Source of the DNA: Clostridia bacterium
GTDB taxonomy: Bacteria > Bacillota > Clostridia > HGM11514
Assembly: GCA_045586685.1 (NCBI GenBank)
Contig: JAZNAU010000023.1
Location: 1-24,966, forward strand
Direction of reading: 5' to 3'
Length of the DNA: 24,966 bases
This document shows, one piece after another, positions 16,043 through 24,966 of the stretch. Position 1 is the first letter of the stretch. Each line of letters opens with the position of its first letter. The notes under the pieces were generated by a model that was given only the letters and a program-made list of their open reading frames with translations, did no database searches and was not told the origin of the DNA. The translations under genes and the position numbers were made by a program.

Positions 16043-16720
16043 CTATTTTGTTAAATCAGGAATAACTCCCAAAACAGGAATTTCGTACCTTTCGCTTAAT
16101 TCATCTTCGTCTCTTACCGTTGTGTCAAACATTTCCAGAATATAGACAACCAGTGCTGCCAATACAAGCCCTAACAAAAACCCAATAGCAGTATTCCTTT
16201 TTATATTAGGAGAAGTAGGAGATGTGGGCAGGCTTGCATTGTCAATAATTTCAACCGACCCCGCCTTTACGACTCTCATAATCTCTTCCGGTGCGTTATT
16301 CAACACTTCCTGAACCACTTCACGTGACAACTCGGGGTTTTTGCTTATTGCTTTTACACGCAGAATTTCCGTTTCTCCAACACCGCTCATAGAAAGCATC
16401 GCTTTCACCTGAGATGCAGAAATTTTTGAATTCAAGCGTTTGGATATGGTTTGACAAAACGTATCACTTTTCAAAATTTCAGAATAGGTATTAACCAACT
16501 GAACAGATAACGTATATTCCGATGCGGTATAAGTATGAAATGGATTTTCCTGATTGTTTACAACATATAACGTTCCGCTTGAAGTATAGGCAGGGTCAAT
16601 CAAATAAGCAGAATAAGCAAAGGACAGAAGGCCAACTACCAATCCGCTAATTAAAATTACCCACCAGCGCTTCATGAATATATTCATTATGTCGCTAAGG
16701 TTAATCATTTGTTCGTCCAT
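16043..16720 (-). CDS. CpsC/CapA/TkmA Wzz-like transmembrane BY-kinase activator
   Basis: Two TM helices flanking an extracellular loop; P.Y.S...LYV, P.SPNIKRN and D.TV....L.....IPVLGVIP motifs. Confidence 0.9.
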   Translation of the reverse strand: MDEQMINLSDIMNIFMKRWWVILISGLVVGLLSFAYSAYLIDPAYTSSGTLYVVNNQENPFHTYTASEYTLSVQLVNTYSEILKSDTFCQTISKRLNSKISASQVKAMLSMSGVGETEILRVKAISKNPELSREVVQEVLNNAPEEIMRVVKAGSVEIIDNASLPTSPTSPNIKRNTAIGFLLGLVLAALVVYILEMFDTTVRDEDELSERYEIPVLGVIPDLTK

Positions 16721-16750
16721 TTTATAACCCTCTTTCTTTTTTCCTGATTA

Positions 16751-16787
16751 AAAAACATAGGCTTATGCTATACACGAGCACAAGCCT
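16751..16787 (-). terminator. Terminator-like hairpin after rpsU (imperfect U tract)
   Basis: Minus strand AGGCTTGTGCT-cgtgtat-AGCATAAGCCT-ATGTTTTT. Confidence 0.6.
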
Positions 16788-16795
16788 TAATTGTT

Positions 16796-16972
16796 TTACC
16801 GGAATTTTCTTTTTCTGGCCGCCTCAGATTTCTTTTTCCGTTTTACACTGGGTTTTTCATAATGTTCTCTTTTGCGTATTTCAGAAAGAACGCCGGCTTT
16901 GGCGCATTGCCTTTTAAAACGTCTCAGTGCACTATCCAAAGATTCATTATCTTTAAGTCTAATTTCAGACAT
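16796..16972 (-). CDS. rpsU: 30S ribosomal protein bS21 (58 aa; below the ORF-track cutoff)
   Basis: Translated by hand as [58 protein letters not shown]; GGAGGG RBS. Confidence 0.97.
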   Translation of the reverse strand: MSEIRLKDNESLDSALRRFKRQCAKAGVLSEIRKREHYEKPSVKRKKKSEAARKRKFR

Positions 16973-17048
16973 TTCTTTTCCCTCCCTCCGTTACCGGGTA
17001 ATGCTAATCGGTATCCAGAGTTTCGTTTCAAAATACCAATCATAGATT

Positions 17049-17078
17049 ATTATACAACAAATGCAACCTGTTTGTCAA
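17049..17078 (-). promoter_or_regulatory. sigmaA-type promoter of rpsU
   Basis: TTGACA (17078-17073), 18 nt, TATAAT (17054-17049). Confidence 0.8.
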
Positions 17079-17110
17079 GACAGTATTAGAAAAAAATCTA
17101 AACTTTTTTA

Positions 17111-17455
17111 TCAGCCCGGAGGCCATCCCAAATTTCGCCCGCCTAACAGGTGAAAATGAAGGTGTCCCACCGTCTGTCCCCCGTCTACACCGCAATTATT
17201 CACAATGCGATAACCGTTTTCCCCAATTCCCAATTTTTGTGCCACAAGGGCTGCTGCTTCAAAAATTTTGGCAACCACCAAAGAATTTTCCTCATTCAGT
17301 TCATTGGCAGAAGAAATATGGGTTTTGGGAATGAGTAACACATGAACTGGTGCTTCCGGATTGATATCCTCAAAGCAATACACCCATTCGTTTTCATATA
17401 CCTTTTTGGAAGGAATGTCCCCTTTTAAAATTTTACAGAATAAACAATCTGACAT
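17111..17455 (-). CDS. hit: Histidine triad nucleotide-binding protein (Hint family)
   Basis: DCLFCKI, DINPEAPVHVLLIPK, GQTVGHLHFHLLGGR...WPPG. Confidence 0.95.
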   Translation of the reverse strand: MSDCLFCKILKGDIPSKKVYENEWVYCFEDINPEAPVHVLLIPKTHISSANELNEENSLVVAKIFEAAALVAQKLGIGENGYRIVNNCGVDGGQTVGHLHFHLLGGRNLGWPPG

Positions 17456-17470
17456 TGTTCACACCTCCCT

Positions 17471-20098
17471 TTACAGTTGTTGAGCCAACAAATCCTTTGC
17501 CGCACTCAATGCATCGTCAATTTTTTCGGGTAATTTTGCACCTGCCTGAGCAGATTCCGGTTTTCCTCCGCCGGAGCCGCCTGCGATGGCTGCCACTTCT
17601 TTTACTAGCTTGCCGGAATGGGCACCTAAATCAAGTGCATCTTTGGTAGCACATACCATAAAGTTCACTCGTTCATTTTCTGCTGCCAAAACCATCACAC
17701 AAGCACCCTGCACCTTATCCCGAAGCAAATCAGCATATTGACGAAGTCCGTTCATATCGCCCTTCATTCTGTGAGTAATCAGCTTTACGCCTTTTACATC
17801 CGCTGCAGAATCTATCACAGAATCCATAGTGCCCTGTGCAAGCTTTGACTGCAAGCTTTCGTTTTCTTTCTTCAAAGCCTTTACCTGTGCACTTAATTCT
17901 TCTATTTTTGCCACAGCATCTTCCGGTGATGTTTTCAAAGCCGCACCAATGTTTTGTTCAAATTCATTCAATTCTTCCAGTTTTTGCAGAACTGCACTTC
18001 CTGTAATGGCTTCGATTCTTCGTACGCCTGCCGCGACACCGCTTTCAGAAACAATCTGGAACAAAGCTGCCTGACTGGTGTTTTGAAGATGACAACCGCC
18101 ACAGAATTCCGTGCTTTTATCTCCCATTTTCACAACACGAACCACATCTCCGTATTTCTCACCAAAGAGAGCAGTAGCACCCGTTTCTTTCGCCTCGTCA
18201 ATCTTCATTTCAGAAACAGTTACGGGCAAGCTTTCCAAAATCATTTCGTTAACCAGTTTTTCTGTTTTTGCGATTTCCTCCGAGGTCATTGCAGTAAAGT
18301 GAGAAAAGTCAAAACGAAGTCTGTCAGGCATTACATAAGAACCCGCCTGTGCCACATGGCTTCCCAACACCTGTTTTAGTGCCGCTTGCAGCAAGTGAGT
18401 TGCAGAGTGATTTCTCGCAGTTGCCATACGGCGTTTTTCACAAACCTGCAACTCTAAAATATCTCCCACTTTTACTGAGCCCGATTCAAGCTCACAGGTA
18501 TGCAGATATTTCCCGTTCTGCTTTTTACAATCTAAAACCGCAATGTCACAGGAATCATTCTTCATAGACCCCTGATCCCCTACCTGACCGCCGCTTTCGC
18601 CATAGAACACCGTTTTATCGGTCATCATCACAAACTGACCATCTGTCATTTCCTGTTTTCCTTCGCCATCTGCAAACAGCAAAGTAACCGTCGCCTGACA
18701 TTGCAGGTTATCATAGCCGATAAACTCATTGTCCAAGGGTTTTGCAAGCTGAGTGAGAGTATCTTCCTTCCAGCCTGCCGTTTCCATATCTCCTCTTGCC
18801 TCTCTGGCACGTTTTTTCTGGGCATCCATTTCTTGCTGATACACTTCTTCATCTACAGAAAGACCTTTTTCTTCCACGATTTCTCGGGTCAGGTCAATGG
18901 GGAATCCGTAAGTATCATACAGCTTAAATGCTTTTTCACCGGACAAAACGGTGCTTCCGGCATTTTTGGTTTCTTCCATATAATCATTTAAAATAGTCAA
19001 ACCCTGATCAATGGTTTCGTCAAACCGTTCTTCTTCAATTTTTACAATTTTTTCAATATATTCCTGTTTTTCTGCCAATTCAGGATAGCCTGACAGAGAT
19101 TCCTTCACTACAGTTCCTACTACTTCATAGAGGAAAGGACGGTTGATTCCCAAGAGCTTGCCATGCCGTGCAGCCCGTCTTAACAAACGGCGAAGCACAT
19201 AACCTCTACCCTCATTAGAAGGCAGAACACCGTCACAAATCATAAAGGTGGTTCCGCGGATATGGTCGGTAATCACACGCAAAGAAACATCCGCTTTTTC
19301 ATCCTTTTTATATTCAACATTGGCAATTTTGCTAATGTGCTTCATGACGTTCTGAATGGTATCTACCTCAAACAGATTGTCAACTCCCTGCATAATGGCA
19401 GCAATACGCTCCAAACCCATACCCGTGTCAATATTAGGCTTTGCCAGACGGTTATAATTTCCCTGCTCGTCCTTATCGAACTGAGTAAATACCAGATTCC
19501 AAAATTCTAAGTATCGGTCACAATCACAACCAATGGCACAATCAGGTTTCCCGCATCCGTATTCAGGACCGCGGTCATAGTGTATTTCAGAACATGGACC
19601 ACAGGGGCCTGTCCCAATTTCCCAGAAGTTATCCTCCTTACCCAGTCTTACAATACGGTCAGGAGCTACCCCCACCTTTTGAGTCCAGATGTCAAAGGCT
19701 TCATCATCATCTTCATAAATGGTCACCCACAGCTTGTCCACAGGAATTTTCATTTCTTTCGTAATAAATTCCCATGCCCAAGCAGTGGCTTCATTTTTAA
19801 AATAATCTCCAAAGGAGAAATTTCCCAGCATCTCAAAAAAAGTGCCGTGACGTGCAGTTTTTCCTACACGTTCAATGTCAGGTGTACGGATACATTTCTG
19901 ACAAGTAGTAACGCGGTTTCTGGGAGGTACTTCTTTTCCTGTAAAATAGGGTTTTAAAGGAGCCATACCTGCGTTTATCAGCAATAAGCTTTTGTCATTT
20001 TGAGGCACCAGCGGAAAACTGGGTAAACGCAAATGTCCTTTTGATTCAAAAAATTTCAGATACCGTTCTCTGATTTCATTCAATCCTAATCGTTCCAT
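17471..20098 (-). CDS. alaS: Alanine--tRNA ligase
   Basis: NAGMAPLK, TCQKCIR, TFFEMLGNFSFGDYFK, DTGMGLER, editing motifs HSATH and CGGCH, GGSGGG C-Ala domain. Confidence 0.99.
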   Translation of the reverse strand: MERLGLNEIRERYLKFFESKGHLRLPSFPLVPQNDKSLLLINAGMAPLKPYFTGKEVPPRNRVTTCQKCIRTPDIERVGKTARHGTFFEMLGNFSFGDYFKNEATAWAWEFITKEMKIPVDKLWVTIYEDDDEAFDIWTQKVGVAPDRIVRLGKEDNFWEIGTGPCGPCSEIHYDRGPEYGCGKPDCAIGCDCDRYLEFWNLVFTQFDKDEQGNYNRLAKPNIDTGMGLERIAAIMQGVDNLFEVDTIQNVMKHISKIANVEYKKDEKADVSLRVITDHIRGTTFMICDGVLPSNEGRGYVLRRLLRRAARHGKLLGINRPFLYEVVGTVVKESLSGYPELAEKQEYIEKIVKIEEERFDETIDQGLTILNDYMEETKNAGSTVLSGEKAFKLYDTYGFPIDLTREIVEEKGLSVDEEVYQQEMDAQKKRAREARGDMETAGWKEDTLTQLAKPLDNEFIGYDNLQCQATVTLLFADGEGKQEMTDGQFVMMTDKTVFYGESGGQVGDQGSMKNDSCDIAVLDCKKQNGKYLHTCELESGSVKVGDILELQVCEKRRMATARNHSATHLLQAALKQVLGSHVAQAGSYVMPDRLRFDFSHFTAMTSEEIAKTEKLVNEMILESLPVTVSEMKIDEAKETGATALFGEKYGDVVRVVKMGDKSTEFCGGCHLQNTSQAALFQIVSESGVAAGVRRIEAITGSAVLQKLEELNEFEQNIGAALKTSPEDAVAKIEELSAQVKALKKENESLQSKLAQGTMDSVIDSAADVKGVKLITHRMKGDMNGLRQYADLLRDKVQGACVMVLAAENERVNFMVCATKDALDLGAHSGKLVKEVAAIAGGSGGGKPESAQAGAKLPEKIDDALSAAKDLLAQQL

Positions 20099-20136
20099 GG
20101 TTTTTTCTCGCTCCTAAAAATTTCATAGTTGCTATT

Positions 20137-20165
20137 ATTATACCTTTTTTTTGCCGGTATGTCAA
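20137..20165 (-). promoter_or_regulatory. Consensus sigmaA promoter of alaS
   Basis: TTGACA (20165-20160), 17 nt, TATAAT (20142-20137). Confidence 0.85.
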
Positions 20166-20180
20166 GTATTTTCACAAACG

Positions 20181-20219
20181 AAAAACCGTCTGAAAAATTT
20201 CTCTGTTTCAGACGGTTTT
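20181..20219 (-). terminator. Terminator after fba
   Basis: AAAACCGTCTGAAA ... TTTCAGACGGTTTT inverted repeat. Confidence 0.8.
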
Positions 20220-20239
20220 ATATTTTTAAAAAGTTTTTC

Positions 20240-21175
20240 TTACGCTTTGCCGTTGCATCCCAAAACATTCACCATTTTGTTCTTCACCAATTCCTTAATC
20301 GCCTCTCTTGCAGGAGACAAATACTGGCGGGGGTCAAAGTGACTGGGATTTTCAGCCAAATATTTTCTAACAGAACCGGTCATGGCCAGACGAAGGTCAG
20401 AGTCAATGTTAATCTTGCACACAGCAGATTTTGCTGCTTCTCTTAGCATATCTTCTGGAATACCGATGGCATCAGGCATATCACCGCCGTTGGCATTTAT
20501 CATTTCAACAAATTCAGGAATAACGGAAGAAGCACCGTGCAAAACAATGGGGAAATTGGGCAGAGCCTTTTCCACTTCCTTCAGAATATCAAATCTCAGC
20601 TGAGGTTTCTGACCGGGCTTAAATTTGTAAGCACCATGGCTGGTTCCGATGGCAATGGCCAAGGAGTCAACACCGGTACGGGTAGCAAAATCGTATACTT
20701 CTTCAGGTCTGGTATAAGAAGCATCTTCTTTAGATACGTTAACCGCATCTTCGATACCTGCCAAACGACCCAGCTCCCCTTCTACCACGACGCCCTTATC
20801 ATGAGCGTATTCTACAACCTTTTTTGTCAAAGCAACATTTTCTTCATAGGGCAGATGAGAACCGTCAATCATAACAGAGGTGAAGCCTCCGTCAATACAA
20901 GATTTACACAGTTCAAAGCTGTTACCATGATCAAGATGCAGTGCAATAGGCAAATCGTTTTCAATCAGAGCCGCTTCCACCAGCTTTATCAGATAGGTGT
21001 GATTTGCATACTTTCTTGCACCTGCACTTACCTGCAGAATCAATGGAGCCTGCTCCTCTTTTGCCGCTTCAGTAATCCCCTGAATAATTTCCATGTTATT
21101 GACGTTAAACGCACCGATCGCATATCCGCCTTTATAGGCTTTATCAAACATTTCTTTTGTCGTTACTAATGGCAT
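20240..21175 (-). CDS. fba: Class II fructose-1,6-bisphosphate aldolase
   Basis: YAIGAFNVNNME, HLDHG, SVMIDGS, VEGELG, GTSHGAYKF, VLHGAS, KINIDSD, FDPR. Confidence 0.97.
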   Translation of the reverse strand: MPLVTTKEMFDKAYKGGYAIGAFNVNNMEIIQGITEAAKEEQAPLILQVSAGARKYANHTYLIKLVEAALIENDLPIALHLDHGNSFELCKSCIDGGFTSVMIDGSHLPYEENVALTKKVVEYAHDKGVVVEGELGRLAGIEDAVNVSKEDASYTRPEEVYDFATRTGVDSLAIAIGTSHGAYKFKPGQKPQLRFDILKEVEKALPNFPIVLHGASSVIPEFVEMINANGGDMPDAIGIPEDMLREAAKSAVCKINIDSDLRLAMTGSVRKYLAENPSHFDPRQYLSPAREAIKELVKNKMVNVLGCNGKA

Positions 21176-21214
21176 GTTGATTCCTCCTAAACATTAAAAA
21201 ATCCATTTGTTAAT

Positions 21215-21243
21215 AATATATCACATTTTATTAAAAAATACAA
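21215..21243 (-). promoter_or_regulatory. sigmaA-type promoter of fba
   Basis: TTGTAT (21243-21238), 17 nt, TGa-TATATT (21220-21215). Confidence 0.6.
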
Positions 21244-21276
21244 GCAAATTCAAAAAAATGTTTTTAAAGCATGGCT

Positions 21277-22923
21277 TCAGTTGTTTTTCTTACGGAATAA
21301 ACTGTACAGCTTTTCTCCTCCCGGAATGAGGCAGTATTGCTCGGGGCTCAGAATTCCCATTCCTGTAACAAGGCCAAAATAGACAAGCACCCCACCAAAG
21401 ATTGCCGTTATTAGGGCAATGGAATTGGAACGAAGCACAGCATATAACCCTTGATAGATCCCAAATGCCGCTCCCCCCATGCAAAGTCCCGCTACCAAAG
21501 GCTTTATCATATGCCTGATGGGATGAAGCTGCAGGGAATGACGTAACGGATACAGACAAATCAGAAAGGATACTGCCTGACAAAGAATCGAGCTGATAAC
21601 CGCTCCGTAAATATGAACAGACGGAATCCGAATCAACAAAATATTTAACACAATCTTCACCGTACACCCTACAATCAAGCTGATGGCAGGAAGATAAATC
21701 CGCCCCATACCCTGTAATACTCCGTACATCGTCTGATTGAGTGCCATAAACACAAGAGAAACGGCACCTAACTGAAGCAGTTCATACCCTTCTGTTGCTG
21801 CCGGATAAATCAAACGGTAAATGGGTTGCCCCAATGCAACAAAGCCAAGAGCACAAGGAACCACCACCAAAATGGACAGCAACATAGACAAGGAAATCTT
21901 TTCCCCTGCCTCCCCTTTATCGTTACGGGCAACAGCAGCAGTAATAGCAGGCACCAGTACCGTTGCCAATGCCACATTTACGGCAAGCGGCAGATTGATT
22001 AAGGTATCACTTTTAGAGAGAATTCCCGTCAGCCGGACCGCTTCATCATTCAGATGAACTGCATCAGGAAGAGAAATCATAGTTCCTCCGAACACAGACG
22101 GAATCCCGTTCAAAAAGGCGGTTTTGATTCCTCTGGTAATGGTTGCCGTATCAATCAGGCGGTTTACTGCCGTTACAATAGACCCTAAGGAAAAGGGCAA
22201 TGCAATCAACAAAATATTCTTTATCAGTTTCTTAACAGAGGGGCCTTTTTCTGCAGTTTTCTGCACTTTTTCTCTCTTTTTGTGAAAATACACAGTGACA
22301 TAACAAAAACTGGCAATGGTAGAAAGAGTCGTTGCGGTGGTAGCAAGAGCTGCCAAAACCTCAGGTTTTCCGCCTGCTGCCAGAGCAACAAACAAAATGG
22401 TCAGAGTGCATTTCACAATCTGCTCCAACACCTGTGCAGTACCAGTGGATTTCATATCCTGCATTCCCTGAAAATATCCGTTCATCACAGAAGATACACA
22501 AACAAAGAAAATAGAAGGTGCCAATGCACGGAGTGTTAACTGCACCCCTTCCATCTGAATGATTTGTCGGGCGATGATATCCGCTCCGAAAAACAAAAGC
22601 AAGGACAATGCTAGACCAATAGCTCCAAACAGCCACAATGCCACCTTGAAAATTCGATAGCTAAGGGCATGATTTTCCTTTTCCCGTACCTCTGCCACCA
22701 TTTTAGCAATGGCAGTCGGAATCCCTACAGAAGATAAAGCCAGAAGTAGAATATACACCTGATACCCGGTGGAATAAAATCCATTCCCTGCATCTCCGAA
22801 CCCATCAATATTGGTAATTACCATTCTGTATACCATTCCCAGAACCTTCACCAAAATCTGGGCAAATAAAATGATGCCTACATTCATCATAAAGGATTGT
22901 TTCTTTTGTTGTTGCATATACAA
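21277..22923 (-). CDS. MOP-superfamily flippase, MurJ(YtgP)/SpoVB-like polysaccharide biosynthesis protein
   Basis: About 14 TM helices; KVLGMVYR, G..G.G.Y, GIPTAIAKMVAE, GYFQG....TAQVLEQ, LQGMG motifs. Confidence 0.88.
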   Translation of the reverse strand: MYMQQQKKQSFMMNVGIILFAQILVKVLGMVYRMVITNIDGFGDAGNGFYSTGYQVYILLLALSSVGIPTAIAKMVAEVREKENHALSYRIFKVALWLFGAIGLALSLLLFFGADIIARQIIQMEGVQLTLRALAPSIFFVCVSSVMNGYFQGMQDMKSTGTAQVLEQIVKCTLTILFVALAAGGKPEVLAALATTATTLSTIASFCYVTVYFHKKREKVQKTAEKGPSVKKLIKNILLIALPFSLGSIVTAVNRLIDTATITRGIKTAFLNGIPSVFGGTMISLPDAVHLNDEAVRLTGILSKSDTLINLPLAVNVALATVLVPAITAAVARNDKGEAGEKISLSMLLSILVVVPCALGFVALGQPIYRLIYPAATEGYELLQLGAVSLVFMALNQTMYGVLQGMGRIYLPAISLIVGCTVKIVLNILLIRIPSVHIYGAVISSILCQAVSFLICLYPLRHSLQLHPIRHMIKPLVAGLCMGGAAFGIYQGLYAVLRSNSIALITAIFGGVLVYFGLVTGMGILSPEQYCLIPGGEKLYSLFRKKNN

Positions 22924-22950
22924 AACCCTTCTTTTCGATTCATTTAGTTT

Positions 22951-22979
22951 ATTATATCAGAAAAAAGAAAAATAATCAA
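22951..22979 (-). promoter_or_regulatory. sigmaA-type promoter of the flippase
   Basis: TTGATT (22979-22974), 17 nt, TGa-TATAAT (22956-22951). Confidence 0.7.
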
Positions 22980-22983
22980 CCCG

Positions 22984-24626
<1,643 letters not shown>

Positions 24627-24642
24627 TCATTCCACTAATGGT

Positions 24643-24966
24643 TTACAATTCTTCCGCACCGGCAACAATCTCTACCAATTCACGGGTAATGGCAGCCTGC
24701 CGTGCCGCATGATAAGAAAGAGTCAGTTGTTCCAGCATCTCTTCTGCGTTGTTCGCTGCTGCTCCCATTGCCTCCCGGCGAGCCGCAAACTCGCACATTG
24801 CCGCTTGCTTGATTCCATATTGAATCTGTGCCGCCAGATAAAAGGTGACAAAACGTTCTGCCGCGAGCGTGGCAGAAGGGTCATACATAACCTGACCCTC
24901 TGTCGGCTCCAAAGGAAGTAGTTTTTTCCATTGAGCTTCCCCCAAAACAGTAGGTGTCACCAAAAA
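24643..24966 (-). CDS. atpG: F1 ATP synthase gamma subunit, 3' part (runs off the right edge)
   Basis: EFAARREAM..A.NNA..M...L.L.Y..ARQAAITRELVEIVAGA; position upstream of atpD. Confidence 0.93.
   Translation of the reverse strand, partial: FLVTPTVLGEAQWKKLLPLEPTEGQVMYDPSATLAAERFVTFYLAAQIQYGIKQAAMCEFAARREAMGAAANNAEEMLEQLTLSYHAARQAAITRELVEIVAGAEEL

Noticed and set aside
16862-17089. 75-aa plus-strand ORF
   Set aside because: Antisense shadow of rpsU.
20537-21169. 210-aa plus-strand ORF, and similar ORFs opposite alaS and atpD
   Set aside because: Antisense open frames caused by codon bias in conserved genes.
21277-22923. Flippase as the missing Wzx of the cpsBCD module
   Set aside because: 4.5 kb away with its own promoter; its motifs fit housekeeping MurJ/SpoVB better.

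Overview
AT-rich chromosomal window from a spore-forming Clostridia-like Bacillota; this is inferred from yunB, GGAGG RBSs, sigmaA-type promoters and the hit-rpsU synteny. Almost all genes are on the minus strand. Left to right: (1) a secreted C1A papain-like peptidase coupled to a GT-C-like membrane protein, divergent from a GtrB-like GT2; (2) a 53-aa YtxH-like ORF missed by the ORF track, yunB and ppx; (3) a four-gene accessory module next to a tRNA cluster (ceramidase-fold amidohydrolase, ROK repressor, DegT aminotransferase, Gfo/Idh/MocA dehydrogenase) with a readable palindromic operator GTCCA-N5-TGGAC; (4) tRNA-Ser(GCT), tRNA-Ser(TGA) and tRNA-Arg(CCT) with two hairpin-rich intergenic elements; (5) aroE, yqeG and a GH18 C-terminal-only ORF; (6) an orphan cpsC-cpsD-cpsB tyrosine-kinase module whose kinase has 16 Tyr in its tail; (7) rpsU (missed by the track), hit, alaS (no T-box), fba, a MurJ/SpoVB flippase and the end of the F-ATPase operon (atpG partial, atpD, and a short atpC that appears to start at ATA). 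No integrase, transposase, CRISPR array or rRNA was seen. All calls come from motif recognition by eye; no database search was run.
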